Assembly: GCA_002504405.1 (NCBI GenBank)
Contig: DARO01000006.1
Location: 19,189-83,188 of the forward strand
Direction of reading: 5' to 3'
Source of the DNA: Methanomassiliicoccaceae archaeon UBA71
GTDB lineage: Archaea > Thermoplasmatota > Thermoplasmata > Methanomassiliicoccales > Methanomethylophilaceae
Length of the DNA stretch: 64,000 nt
Below are positions 1 to 9,964 of the stretch, piece after piece; position 1 is the stretch's first letter, and each line of letters starts with the position of its first letter. The notes below the pieces were generated by a model. It searched no databases, had not been told where the DNA came from, and saw nothing but the letters and a program-made list of their open reading frames with translations. The position numbers and the translations under genes are program-made.

Positions 1-262
1 CTTCGGACTGAGGACGGGGCCCCATTCGAATCTGGCCGGAGGAGGGCCTGCAGAGAACGCCGCGATCACGAGGAAGGTGCTGTCCGGGGAGAAGGGGACA
101 CGCAGGGATGCGGTGCTTCTGAACGCCGGCGCCGGGCTGTACACAGTAGGGAAGGCATCCAGCATCAGGGACGGAGTGGAGATGGCCGCCCAGGCCATCG
201 ACTCCGGGGACTCGATGAGGACGATGGAGTGCTACATCAAAGCCACGGGGGCGGTAGTTTGA
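1..262 (+). CDS. trpD: Anthranilate phosphoribosyltransferase, 3' part (gene starts before the window)
   Basis: Frame 2 is open from the window start and reads ...LAGGGPAENAAITRKVLSGEKGTRRDAVLLNAGAGLY..., a typical TrpD C-terminus. It overlaps the trpC start. Confidence 0.9.
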   Translation, partial: FGLRTGPHSNLAGGGPAENAAITRKVLSGEKGTRRDAVLLNAGAGLYTVGKASSIRDGVEMAAQAIDSGDSMRTMECYIKATGAVV

Positions 263-1059
263 CCGCGGATGCACTGCGGCCGAGCATACTGGACCGCATA
301 GTGGAGGACACGCGCAGCAGGGTTCTTTTCGAGAGGACCAGGCGTCAGCTGCCCGAGGTGATCGAGGGATGCAGGGTACGCCCGCGGCGCACAGGGTTCC
401 CGTTCGCCAGGGCCCTCGAGTCCGATGGCATATCGTTCATATGCGAGGTCAAGAGGGCATCCCCGTCCAAGGGCGTAATAGCGGAGGATTTCCCCTATCT
501 GGACATAGCCAGGGAATATGAAGCGATGGGGGCGTCGGCGATATCCGTCCTGACCGAACCGAAGCATTTCCTGGGAAGGGACTCCTATCTGGAGGAGATA
601 GCCGACGAGGTCACCGTGCCTGTTCTTAGGAAGGACTTCGTAATCGACGAATACCAGATCTACCAGGCAAGGGAGCTGGGAGCGTCGGCGATCCTCCTGA
701 TCGCGTCCATACTGGGCGACAGGGCCCTGAGGGATTACAGGGTCCTTGCGGAGTCGCTTGGGATGTCCGCCCTGGTTGAGGTCCATGACGAAGTCGAGGT
801 CCAGCGTGCTGTGTCGTCCGGTGCCGGGATCATCGGTGTGAACAACAGGGACCTGTCCACGTTCGAGGTCGACATTCGGAACAGCCTCAGGCTGATAGAC
901 CTCATCCCCGACGGAATCCTCTGCGTGTCCGAGAGCGGGATCTCCACGCCCGGGGACGTGAGGTCGCTGGAGGACGCGGGGTTCGATGCGGTTCTGATGG
1001 GGGAGGCGTTCATGCGCAGCCACGACAGAGGGATGCTCATGGAGTCGATGCGCCGATGA
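259..1059 (+). CDS. trpC: Indole-3-glycerol phosphate synthase
   Basis: ICEVKRASPSKG, SVLTEPKHFLG, PVLRKDF and GVNNRDL motifs. Probable TTG start at 259 overlapping the trpD stop. Confidence 0.95.
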   Translation: MTADALRPSILDRIVEDTRSRVLFERTRRQLPEVIEGCRVRPRRTGFPFARALESDGISFICEVKRASPSKGVIAEDFPYLDIAREYEAMGASAISVLTEPKHFLGRDSYLEEIADEVTVPVLRKDFVIDEYQIYQARELGASAILLIASILGDRALRDYRVLAESLGMSALVEVHDEVEVQRAVSSGAGIIGVNNRDLSTFEVDIRNSLRLIDLIPDGILCVSESGISTPGDVRSLEDAGFDAVLMGEAFMRSHDRGMLMESMRR

Positions 1060-1670
1060 CATCCGTGAAGATATGCGGACTGACGCGTCCCGACGATGTT
1101 CTGGCTGTCAACGCGCTGAGACCGGACATGGCGGGTTTCGTATTCCACAGACCCAGCCGCAGGTACGTGGGGGATTCGGTGCGCTCGCTCAGCGGAATGC
1201 TGGAGCCCGGCATCCTGCCGGTCGGCGTATTCGTGGACTCTCCTGTGGAAGAGATAGGAGCGCTCGTCGACTCGGGATCCGTAGGCGCGGTTCAGCTGCA
1301 CGGATCGGAGGACAGTGCTTTCATCCGCAGGCTCAGGATGAGGGTTGACGTCCCGGTGATACAGGCCTTCATCATAGGGCCAGGAACCGATCTGGAGCTG
1401 GTTCGCGCTTCCGAGGCGGACATGATCCTCCTTGACGCCGGGATGGGATCCGGGAACACCTTCGACTGGTCCCTGGTGTCCGACATCGGAAGGGACTTCA
1501 TCCTGTCCGGGGGACTCGACCCCGGTAACGTCGCCGAAGCCATGGAACGCGTACGCCCGTCTGGCGTGGATGTGAGCTCGGGCGTGGAAACGGATGGCCG
1601 CAAGGACCCGCGGAAGATGTCGTCGTTTATGGAACGCATCCGTCAGGCCGACCATTCGTTGAAAAGGTGA
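1056..1670 (+). CDS. trpF: Phosphoribosylanthranilate isomerase
   Basis: VKICGLT, VQLHGSE, ILSGGL and GVDVSSGVE motifs. ATGA overlap with trpC. Confidence 0.95.
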   Translation: MTSVKICGLTRPDDVLAVNALRPDMAGFVFHRPSRRYVGDSVRSLSGMLEPGILPVGVFVDSPVEEIGALVDSGSVGAVQLHGSEDSAFIRRLRMRVDVPVIQAFIIGPGTDLELVRASEADMILLDAGMGSGNTFDWSLVSDIGRDFILSGGLDPGNVAEAMERVRPSGVDVSSGVETDGRKDPRKMSSFMERIRQADHSLKR

Positions 1671-1680
1671 AGGGGTTTGC

Positions 1681-1700
1681 GGCATCCCGGAAGGGATGCC
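1681..1700. terminator. Hairpin between convergent trpF and BspA-like gene
   Basis: GGCATCCC-GGAA-GGGATGCC, a perfect 8-bp stem. Confidence 0.6.
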
Positions 1701-1707
1701 CGTGGAA

Positions 1708-2796
1708 TCAGTCCTGCTTTCCGAGGACGAATCCGACTGCGATTGCCGCTATGACTGCCGCCAGGACAGCGAGGGGGACTGCCGTGTCCATCCCATCGGC
1801 CTCGTCATCGGGGACGTCTTCGTTCTCGTCGTAATACACGACGAGGACGTTGTCGAAGGCGTGGTTGCATTCCGTGTTCATGGTCACGTACACGGTCTCC
1901 AGACCGGAGGACATGAAAGCGCTAATATCGATTTCGACGACGGTTGGCGGTATGAACACGGACTTCAGGGACGTGTCGTTCAGGAAGGCCATGGCGCCTA
2001 TGTACTCCACGGTGGAGGAGATGGTCACCGATGACAGGGATCCGCAGTTGCTGAAGGCCCCGTCGGGGATGGCCTTCAGGCCCTCGGGGAGCTTCACGGA
2101 TTCGAGCATTGTGCAGCCAGCGAAGGCGTACGTATCCATCGACGTCAGACCTTCCGAGAACTCGATGCTCTGGAGACAGAGGCATGTACCGAAGGAGTTG
2201 TATCCTATGTACTCCACGGAACTGGGCAGAGATATCGTGTCGAACATGCACCCCATGAACGCGTAGTCCCCGATGTAGGTGACCCCGTCCGGTATGGTGA
2301 ACGACCTCAGACCGCAGTCAACGAAAGTGGCCTCCTCTATCCTGACGATGGAGTCGGGAATCTCTATCGTTGAAAGGAAGAAGCAGTAGCCGAAGGCGCT
2401 CTTCCCTATGCTGTTCACGGTGTCCGGGATGACGACCTCCTCCACTTTGCAGGAATTGAAGGCGAATGCATCGATGGACGAGACCGTGTATTCCGTCCCC
2501 TTGTATGTAACTGTCTCCGGAATCTTCACATAACTCACATTCTTGTCCACTGCGGGATTGTCCTCCTCCCCGAACACAGAGACGCTGGATGGGCCCACGA
2601 TCCTGTACTTGATCTCAACGTCACCGCTCCGGGCGGTGAACGTCTCCGAACCATCCGATGCATCTCCGGCTCCATCCGAATCATCCCATGACGGGACGAT
2701 TGCAACGGAGACGAGGACCAACGCCATCAGCGCCGCAAGCACCAGCAGACGCTGGATGCGGCGAGATTTGATATCATGATTGACTGACTGGTCCAT
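1708..2796 (-). CDS. BspA-type leucine-rich-repeat surface protein
   Basis: N-terminal signal peptide, repeated IPxxVxxIGxxAFxxC units (LRR_5 type), acidic linker and C-terminal TM anchor. Confidence 0.9.
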   Translation of the reverse strand: MDQSVNHDIKSRRIQRLLVLAALMALVLVSVAIVPSWDDSDGAGDASDGSETFTARSGDVEIKYRIVGPSSVSVFGEEDNPAVDKNVSYVKIPETVTYKGTEYTVSSIDAFAFNSCKVEEVVIPDTVNSIGKSAFGYCFFLSTIEIPDSIVRIEEATFVDCGLRSFTIPDGVTYIGDYAFMGCMFDTISLPSSVEYIGYNSFGTCLCLQSIEFSEGLTSMDTYAFAGCTMLESVKLPEGLKAIPDGAFSNCGSLSSVTISSTVEYIGAMAFLNDTSLKSVFIPPTVVEIDISAFMSSGLETVYVTMNTECNHAFDNVLVVYYDENEDVPDDEADGMDTAVPLAVLAAVIAAIAVGFVLGKQD

Positions 2797-2824
2797 AAAT
2801 GGTAAAGGTATTGGAGATTTATAT

Positions 2825-3649
2825 CTACTTTGTCTGGTGAGAAAGACGATGGGGTGATGGACCGGCTCGGCTATCGAGCGCTGCCCTCATAGCCTTCACG
2901 TACTCGGACACCAGGGGTACGGATTCCCTCCCGTGCTCCCCTATGATGCGGACTATGGCGGATCCCACGATCGCCCCGTCGGCGAAATCGGTGATGTCCC
3001 TGGCCTGCTCCGGCGTGGAGATGCCGAACCCGACGGCGCATGGTATGTCCGTGTACTTCCTGACGGACGCCACCATCTCCTCCAGGTTGCCGCTGAACGA
3101 TGTCCTGACGCCCGTGACCCCCATGGAGGATACGACATAGAGGAATCCCTCCGCCTCCGAGGCTATCTTGGCGATCCTGTCCTCCGAGGTCGGGGCGATC
3201 ATGGATATCAGCTTGACGCCGTGGGCGGTGCAGTATGGCTGCAGGTCGCCCTTCTGCTCGAAGGGGGCATCAGGCACGATCAGAGCGCAGATGCCGGCCC
3301 TCCTGCAGCGCTCGAGGAACCTGTCCGGACCGTAGACGAACACCGGATTGATGTACGTCATGACCAGCATGGGTATGTCCAGGTCCTCCCTGATCCTTTC
3401 CGCCATGTCGAATATGTCGTCCGTCGTCACACCGCCGGAAAGCGCCCTGACGTCAGCCCCCTGGATGACAGGACCCTCCGCGATGGGGTCGGAGAACGGG
3501 ATCCCCAGCTCTATGAGGTCGGCGCCGGCCTCCGCCATCGCACGTATGAGGCTCTCCGTCGTACCGATGTCGGGGTCGCCGCATGTGACGAACGGTATGA
3601 ACGCCCTGCGCGAGAACACCTTCTCCAGATCGCGGGAGTGGTCAGTCAT
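2825..3649 (-). CDS. trpA: Tryptophan synthase alpha chain
   Basis: [36 protein letters not shown] and VGFGIS motifs. Start MTDHS at 3649 overlaps the trpB stop. Confidence 0.95.
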   Translation of the reverse strand: MTDHSRDLEKVFSRRAFIPFVTCGDPDIGTTESLIRAMAEAGADLIELGIPFSDPIAEGPVIQGADVRALSGGVTTDDIFDMAERIREDLDIPMLVMTYINPVFVYGPDRFLERCRRAGICALIVPDAPFEQKGDLQPYCTAHGVKLISMIAPTSEDRIAKIASEAEGFLYVVSSMGVTGVRTSFSGNLEEMVASVRKYTDIPCAVGFGISTPEQARDITDFADGAIVGSAIVRIIGEHGRESVPLVSEYVKAMRAALDSRAGPSPHRLSHQTK

Positions 3650-4829
3650 GGATATCCCTCCCTCTGTACCTGGCAATGGCTGCAACGTCCTTGTCCCCGC
3701 GTCCCGACAGGTTGACGACCATGATGTCGTCCTTGCTGAGGGTCGGCGCCAGCTCCCTGGCGTACGCGATGGCGTGGGCGCTCTCGATCGCCGGGATTAT
3801 CCCCTCCGTCCTGGAAAGGTACTCGAACGCGTCCACCGCCTGGTCGTCGGTGACCGCCACGTACTGCGCCCTGTCTATGGACCTGAGGAAGGCATGCTCG
3901 GGACCGATCCCGGGATAGTCCAGGCCTGCCGAGATGGAGTACACAGGGGCTATCTGCCCGTAGCCGTCCTGGCAGAAAAGCGACTTCATGCCATGGAATA
4001 TCCCGACGGACCCCCGGGTCATCGTGGCCGCATGACGATCGGTGTCCACCCCCTTGCCGGCCGCCTCGCATCCTATCATACGCACGCCGGGGTCGTCCAC
4101 GAACTCGTGGAAGAGCCCGATGGCGTTGCTCCCCCCTCCGACACATGCCAGGAGGTAGTCGGGCAGGCGCCCCTCGGCCTCCATGACCTGTTTCCTTACC
4201 TCCCTACCGATGACGCACTGGAACTCGCACACCATCTCCGGGAAGGGGGCAGGGCCCATCACCGTCCCGATGACGTAGTGCGTATCCGAGACGCGGTTGG
4301 TCCACTCCCTCAGGGTCTCGTTCACCGCATCCTTGAGGACGCCGGTGCCGGAAGAGACGGGATGGACCTTCGCCCCCAGGAGCTCCATCCTGTAGACGTT
4401 CAGGGCCTGCCTCTCAACGTCGTGCTCACCCATGAAGATCTCGCACTCCAGGCCGAGGTACGCAGCGAGAGTGGCTGTGGCGACGCCGTGCTGGCCCGCC
4501 CCGGTCTCCGCGATCACGCGGGTCTTCCCCATCCTCTTGGCGAGAAGGCACTGCCCGATCACGTTGTTGATCTTGTGGGCGCCGGTATGGTTGAGATCCT
4601 CCCTCTTGAGATAGATCTTGGCGCCGCCCAGGTCGCTCGTCATCCTGTCTGCGCGATATAGCATGGAGGGCCTGCCGGTGTACCTGTGGTTGAGATCGTC
4701 CAGCTCCGAGAGGAACTCCGGGTCCCTGATGTACCTCCTGTACGCATGGTCCAGCTCTATGACCGCGTTCATAAGCGTCTCCGGGACGTACTGTCCCCCG
4801 AACTCCCCGTAAAGGCCTTCCTCCGACAT
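3642..4829 (-). CDS. trpB: Tryptophan synthase beta chain
   Basis: [26 protein letters not shown] (PLP lysine), AETGAGQHG and [13 protein letters not shown] motifs. Confidence 0.97.
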   Translation of the reverse strand: MSEEGLYGEFGGQYVPETLMNAVIELDHAYRRYIRDPEFLSELDDLNHRYTGRPSMLYRADRMTSDLGGAKIYLKREDLNHTGAHKINNVIGQCLLAKRMGKTRVIAETGAGQHGVATATLAAYLGLECEIFMGEHDVERQALNVYRMELLGAKVHPVSSGTGVLKDAVNETLREWTNRVSDTHYVIGTVMGPAPFPEMVCEFQCVIGREVRKQVMEAEGRLPDYLLACVGGGSNAIGLFHEFVDDPGVRMIGCEAAGKGVDTDRHAATMTRGSVGIFHGMKSLFCQDGYGQIAPVYSISAGLDYPGIGPEHAFLRSIDRAQYVAVTDDQAVDAFEYLSRTEGIIPAIESAHAIAYARELAPTLSKDDIMVVNLSGRGDKDVAAIARYRGRDIHD

Positions 4830-4868
4830 GGATCTCAATCTGAGCTATTGCTTGGGTGTATATGAAAT

Positions 4869-4890
4869 TATTGTTCATTGATGAACAATA
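4869..4890. promoter_or_regulatory. Perfect palindrome upstream of trpB (possible operator or adh terminator)
   Basis: TATTGTTCAT-TG-ATGAACAATA, 10-bp arms, lying next to a TATA-like TTCATATA on the minus strand. Confidence 0.45.
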
Positions 4891-5937
4891 TTATTCATTA
4901 AAGCGTATCGCCACCTTCATCATACCATCAGAGTGGGATTCGAAGAGGCGGTAGGCGTCCTCGATCTCCGAGAACCTGAAGCGATGGGTTATCAGCGGCG
5001 TCGCATCGATGCGGCCGGTCGATATCAGATCCATGATCTCCCCGCAGCTGGACGCGTCAACCCCTCCGGTCTTGAACACTAGGTTCTTCCCGTACATATC
5101 GGAGAGAGGGAGCGTCTGCGGCCTGTCGTACATCGCCACAACAACCACCACAGCATTGGGGCGCGCGATCCTCCATGCCATCTGGAAGGTGTCGTCGCCC
5201 CCGGCCACCTCCATGACAGCGTCCGCACCGCGACCCTCCGTGAGGCCGCGTATCACCTCTGCCGGATCACACTCGGATGGATCGACCCATGCATCGCCGA
5301 TGCCGTGGCTCCTGGCGAACTCCAGGCGAGACGGGTCGTTGTCTATGATGACGATAGCGGCTGGGGACCTCAGGCGGCAGCAAATCGCGGTGCAGATGCC
5401 GGTGGGTCCCGCGCCTATCACCGCAACTACATCCCCCTCCGAGATATCGCCCAGACCGGCGGCCCAGTACCCTGTGGACAGGAGGTCCCCTGTCAGGAGG
5501 GCCTGTTCGTCGCTGATCCCGTCGGGTATGCGGGTGAGGGCGTTGTCGGCGAATGGCACTCTGACCATCTCGGCCTGCCCGCCGTCGATGCGGCATCCGA
5601 GCGCCCATCCTCCGTTCCTGTCGGTGCAGTTGTTGACCCATCCGCGGCGGCAGTAGAAGCAGTGGCCGCAGAACGTCTCGACGTTGACCGCCACCCTGTC
5701 TCCCGGTGAGAAGCGCTCCACGCCGCTCCCGACCTCGACGACGACGCCAACGAACTCGTGGCCAACCGTCACCCCCTTGACCGCCCTGGGTACGAAACCG
5801 TCCCTGATGTGCAGGTCGCTGGTGCATATCGATGCCGTGGTGACCCTGATGATCGCATCGGTCGGCTCCGACACTGACGGCTCGGGCTTGTCCCGGACCT
5901 CGAAAACCCCCTTGTCCACGTAAGTTACGGCCTTCAT
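4891..5937 (-). CDS. Zinc-dependent alcohol dehydrogenase (medium-chain dehydrogenase/reductase)
   Basis: ICTSDLH and GHEFVG motifs, structural Zn CGHCFYC...C, and GAGPTG Rossmann motif. Confidence 0.92.
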   Translation of the reverse strand: MKAVTYVDKGVFEVRDKPEPSVSEPTDAIIRVTTASICTSDLHIRDGFVPRAVKGVTVGHEFVGVVVEVGSGVERFSPGDRVAVNVETFCGHCFYCRRGWVNNCTDRNGGWALGCRIDGGQAEMVRVPFADNALTRIPDGISDEQALLTGDLLSTGYWAAGLGDISEGDVVAVIGAGPTGICTAICCRLRSPAAIVIIDNDPSRLEFARSHGIGDAWVDPSECDPAEVIRGLTEGRGADAVMEVAGGDDTFQMAWRIARPNAVVVVVAMYDRPQTLPLSDMYGKNLVFKTGGVDASSCGEIMDLISTGRIDATPLITHRFRFSEIEDAYRLFESHSDGMMKVAIRFNE

Positions 5938-6014
5938 GCACCCGCATGCTCATGCATGGATAAACGAAGCGCCCTTGGGAAAGCCGTATATCCATGAACT
6001 GTTGCTCCCATCTG

Positions 6015-7232
6015 ATGGGCTCGTATAGACAATGGCTGCCGCTTGCGGGGATCGTCCTCTCGGTCTTCATCTTCAACACGTCCGAGTTCATGCCCATCGC
6101 GCTCCTGACCGACATCGGAACGGACCTCGGGACGACCGAGGCGCAGACCGGCATCATAGTGTCCGCCTACGCGTGGGCGGTGGCGATCCTCTCGCTGCCC
6201 CTGATGCTCATTTTCAGCAGGTCGGAGTTCCGCCGGTTGCTACTGTGCACGGTGGCTGTCTTCATGGCGTTCCAGTTCGTGTCTGGTTTCGCCACCGACT
6301 TCTGGGTCCTGATGGCCGCGAGGATAGGCGTGGCTTGCTCGCATGCGGTTTTCTGGTCGATAGCCTCGCCCCTCGCGGTGCGCGTGGTCCCGAAGGAGTA
6401 CCGCCCGATGGCTCTGAGCGCAGTGGCCGCAGGCACATCGGTGGCGATGATCGCGGGGCTGCCCCTGGGCCGCGTGATAGGTCTCGCCCTCGGCTGGAGG
6501 ATGACGTTCATAGCCATCGGGCTCATGGGACTGGCTGCCATCCTGGTACTCGCATCCGTGTTCCCGAAGGTCCCCAACGAGGGGACGTTCACCCTCTCGA
6601 AGATGCCAGAGATCCTAGGGGACAGGGTACTGATGGGCATCTATGTGGCCATCATCCTCCTGGTGACCGGGTACTTCACCGGATACAGCTACATAGAGCC
6701 GTTCATGATGCAGGTGGCGGCCATGTCCGAGGGCCTGACGACAGCCGCCCTGACGGCTTTCGGCGCCGCAGGGATCGTTGGCAGCATTCTCTTCTCGAAG
6801 ATGTATGGGTCGAAACCGCGCATGTTCACGTCGATCTCCGTATGCCTTCTCACGGCATCCCTGCTCCTGCTGCCCCCATCCTCCGCTGGAGGATACGTGG
6901 CGGTCATGGCGGTGTGCGCACTCTGGGGCATCGCGGCCACCGGGTTCAACATCTCGCTTCAGTCGGAGCTGATAAAATCCTCCCCGAGGGACGGCACCGC
7001 CGTCGCGATGTCCCTGTACTCCGGCATATTCAACGCGGGGATAGCGTCAGGAACGCTTATCGGCGGATCCGTATGCACATATCTGGCGATAGACTACATC
7101 GGGCTGATTGGAGGCGTCATAGCCGGCGCGGGCGCCCTGTTCTGCATGGTGCCTCTGTTCAGATGGATGGACGCCCGCCGTGCGGAAACGGTGCCTGACG
7201 AGTGCCCTGGATCACCTTTAGATAGACATTAA
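6015..7232 (+). CDS. MFS transporter (SotB/NepI-like efflux)
   Basis: About 12 hydrophobic segments, FNTSEFMPIALL and ARIGVACSHAVFWSI. The start could be 5994 or 6015. Confidence 0.88.
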   Translation: MGSYRQWLPLAGIVLSVFIFNTSEFMPIALLTDIGTDLGTTEAQTGIIVSAYAWAVAILSLPLMLIFSRSEFRRLLLCTVAVFMAFQFVSGFATDFWVLMAARIGVACSHAVFWSIASPLAVRVVPKEYRPMALSAVAAGTSVAMIAGLPLGRVIGLALGWRMTFIAIGLMGLAAILVLASVFPKVPNEGTFTLSKMPEILGDRVLMGIYVAIILLVTGYFTGYSYIEPFMMQVAAMSEGLTTAALTAFGAAGIVGSILFSKMYGSKPRMFTSISVCLLTASLLLLPPSSAGGYVAVMAVCALWGIAATGFNISLQSELIKSSPRDGTAVAMSLYSGIFNAGIASGTLIGGSVCTYLAIDYIGLIGGVIAGAGALFCMVPLFRWMDARRAETVPDECPGSPLDRH

Positions 7233-7305
7233 ATAGTACCCGCCCTATCGGTACTACAGCACGGTCGAGGACGGTGCCTTTTTCCAATCACTGGGAGATT
7301 GACCA

Positions 7306-7941
7306 ATGACAGCCGAGGATTCTCTTAAAACGGGTACGACGACAATCGGGATCAAGCTGAAAGACGGAGTCATCCTGGCCTCCGATCAGAGGGCCACCAT
7401 GGGCAACCTCATCGCCCACAGCCACGTCCAGAAGGTCTACAAGCTGTCGGACAACATCGGCATGACCATCGCCGGCGTCGTCGGAGACGCCCAGCTCATG
7501 GTCAGGTACATGCAGAGCGAGATCTCCATCTACGCAATGAAGAAGGGCGCCCCCATGTCCGTCACCGCCGCCGCCACCCTCGTGGCAAGCGTCATCCGCC
7601 AGGGATTCTACCTCGGACTGATTGTCGGCGGATACGACAAGACCGGCGGCCACATATTCAGCATCGACGGCGCCGGCGGATACATCGAGGACAACTACTG
7701 CTCGGTCGGTTCCGGTTCCGTCTTCGCCCTCGGGGCCATGGAGGCGCTGTTCAAGCCCGAGATGACGAAGGATGAGGGCATCAACGCTGCAATCACCGCC
7801 CTCAACTCCGCAAGGAAGAGGGACAACTGCACCGGGGACGGAATGCTGGTGTCCTACATCGGTCCGGACGGCTACAAAGAGATCCCCGCCGACGAGATCA
7901 AGGAGCGCTGCAGCGCACTCGGATTCAACTTCCCCAACTGA
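7306..7941 (+). CDS. psmB: Proteasome subunit beta
   Basis: Propeptide followed by KTGTTTIGI (catalytic Thr), ASDQRATMG and SVGSGS motifs. Confidence 0.96.
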   Translation: MTAEDSLKTGTTTIGIKLKDGVILASDQRATMGNLIAHSHVQKVYKLSDNIGMTIAGVVGDAQLMVRYMQSEISIYAMKKGAPMSVTAAATLVASVIRQGFYLGLIVGGYDKTGGHIFSIDGAGGYIEDNYCSVGSGSVFALGAMEALFKPEMTKDEGINAAITALNSARKRDNCTGDGMLVSYIGPDGYKEIPADEIKERCSALGFNFPN

Positions 7942-8004
7942 TGGGGCCAAACAAACCCCTTCCCTTCTAACCCACTTCCATCCAACAATTAAGAGCCTGA
8001 TCCC

Positions 8005-9909
8005 ATGAATGTCGACAGACTGTTCGAGAACCTCACTGAAGAGGTCAAGAGGCACATGCCCCAGGACATCAAGATCAAAGAGATCACCTTCGAGGGGCCC
8101 CTGGTCGTCGTCTACACCGACGACTACGACAAGATCTCCGCCAACGACTCTGTAGCGAGGATGCTCGCCCAGAACATACACCGCAGGGTGGACATACGTC
8201 CCGACCCCTCCAAGCTGGAGGACCCCGCCGCGGTGGAGGAGAAGATCCGCTCCATGATTCCGGAGTCGGCCGACATCTTCGACATCAACTTCATCGAGGA
8301 GACCGGGGAGGCCCTCATCGAGGCCGTCAACCCCAACGAGGTCGTCGGGAAGGAGGGTCAGCTCCTGGCGGACCTCAGGAAGGAGTCTGGATGGAACGTC
8401 AAGGTCATACGCGCCCCTCCCATACCGTCGAAGACTGTCTCGGATGTCCGCGGCTACCTCAGGGCTAACCACGACGAGCGCCAGGAGATGCTCACGAAGG
8501 TCGCCAGGAGACTGGCGAGACCCAAGATCGAGGGGGAGCAGTGGGTGAGGGTCACCGCAATGGGCGGGTTCAGGCAGGTCGGAAGGTCGGCATCCCTCCT
8601 CACCACGAGGGAGAGCAAGATCCTCATCGACTGCGGCCTCGACCCCAGCTCCGACAACACGCCATACTTCGCCATCCCGGAGGTGCAGCCGCTGGAGGAC
8701 ATTGATGCAGTGGTCATAACCCACGCGCACCTGGACCACTGCGGCACGCTACCGGCGCTGTTCAAGTACGGGTACAGGGGGCCGGTGTACTGCACTCCCC
8801 CCACCAGGGACCTCATGGCCCTGCTGCAGCTCGACAACATCAAGCTGGGATTCGGGGAGAACAAGAAGACCCCGTACGAGGCCCAGCACGTGAGGCAGGA
8901 GATCCTGCACACGATCACCCTGAAGTACAACGAGACCACGGACATATCCCCCGACGTCAGGCTGACGTTCCACAACGCGGGACACATCCTGGGGTCCGCC
9001 ATCGCCCACTTCCACATAGGGGACGGCCTGCACAACGTTGCCTTCTCCGGGGACACGAAATACGAGAAGACCTGGCTGTTCAACCCGGCCACCAACAGGT
9101 TCCCCAGGCTTGAAACGCTTGTGATCGAGTCCACATACGGGGGCCACAACGATGTCCAGCCCTCCAGGGCGGACGCCTCCGAGCAGCTTGGACAGTACCT
9201 CCAGCAGGCATCAGAGCACGGCGGCAAGGTCCTCATCCCTGTGTTCGCTGTGGGAAGGTCTCAGGAGGTCATGCTGGTGATAGAGGAGCTCATGCGCAAC
9301 GGGTCGATCCCCAAGATGCCAGTATACCTCGATGGGATGATCTGGGAGGCTACCGCCATCCACACGGCGTATCCGGAGTACCTCAACAGCCAGCTCAGGA
9401 CGCAGATATTCCAGCAGAACGAGAACCCCTTCCTTTCGCCGATATTCAAGAGGGTCGAGACCTCCGACATGAGGGAGGAGATCTGCCATTCCCCCGACCC
9501 CTGCATCGTGCTCGCCACCAGCGGTATGATGTCCGGAGGCCCGGTTATGGAGTACTTCCGCGAGTGGGCCGACGACGAGAAGAACTGGCTCCTCTTCGTC
9601 GGATACCAGTCCGAGGGCAGCATCGGAAGGACGATACAGAGGGGCAGGAACGAGATCACCCTGAGCATGCGCGGCAAGCCGATAACCCTCAAGATCAAGA
9701 TGCAGAGGGAGACTGTGGACGGGTTCTCCGGTCATTCGGACCGGAAGCAGCTCATGAGGTACATCTCCTCCCTGGAGCCGAAGCCCGACAAGATCATCAT
9801 AGGCCACGGCGAGGACAGGAAGTGCACCGACCTGGCATCATCGATCTACAAGAAGTACGGCATCGAGACCAAGGCCCCCCTCAACCTGGAGACCATCAGG
9901 CTCAGATGA
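8005..9909 (+). CDS. Archaeal CPSF1 / FttA beta-CASP ribonuclease with KH domains
   Basis: N-terminal KH-like region, THAHLDHCG metallo-beta-lactamase motif, NAGHILGS and FSGHSD. Conserved linkage to psmB. Confidence 0.95.
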   Translation: MNVDRLFENLTEEVKRHMPQDIKIKEITFEGPLVVVYTDDYDKISANDSVARMLAQNIHRRVDIRPDPSKLEDPAAVEEKIRSMIPESADIFDINFIEETGEALIEAVNPNEVVGKEGQLLADLRKESGWNVKVIRAPPIPSKTVSDVRGYLRANHDERQEMLTKVARRLARPKIEGEQWVRVTAMGGFRQVGRSASLLTTRESKILIDCGLDPSSDNTPYFAIPEVQPLEDIDAVVITHAHLDHCGTLPALFKYGYRGPVYCTPPTRDLMALLQLDNIKLGFGENKKTPYEAQHVRQEILHTITLKYNETTDISPDVRLTFHNAGHILGSAIAHFHIGDGLHNVAFSGDTKYEKTWLFNPATNRFPRLETLVIESTYGGHNDVQPSRADASEQLGQYLQQASEHGGKVLIPVFAVGRSQEVMLVIEELMRNGSIPKMPVYLDGMIWEATAIHTAYPEYLNSQLRTQIFQQNENPFLSPIFKRVETSDMREEICHSPDPCIVLATSGMMSGGPVMEYFREWADDEKNWLLFVGYQSEGSIGRTIQRGRNEITLSMRGKPITLKIKMQRETVDGFSGHSDRKQLMRYISSLEPKPDKIIIGHGEDRKCTDLASSIYKKYGIETKAPLNLETIRLR

Positions 9910-9939
9910 GCCTGCCTCGGGCTGGGAACAGATTAATTT

Positions 9940-9955
9940 GGGGGGTAGACCCCCC
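9940..9955. terminator. Hairpin between convergent genes
   Basis: GGGGGG-TAGA-CCCCCC with flanking GATTAA/TTAATC. Confidence 0.5.
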
Positions 9956-9964
9956 TGGGTTTAA

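Noticed and set aside
3348-4661. Long antisense/alternative-frame ORFs (e.g. 3348..4661, 7288..8739, 17683..19092, 46625..47668, 51504..53006, 57461..59029)
   Set aside because: Shadow ORFs opposite well-supported genes, expected in GC-rich DNA; no motifs.
7306-9909. psmB-aCPSF1 linkage as a novelty
   Set aside because: A well-known conserved archaeal gene neighbourhood.
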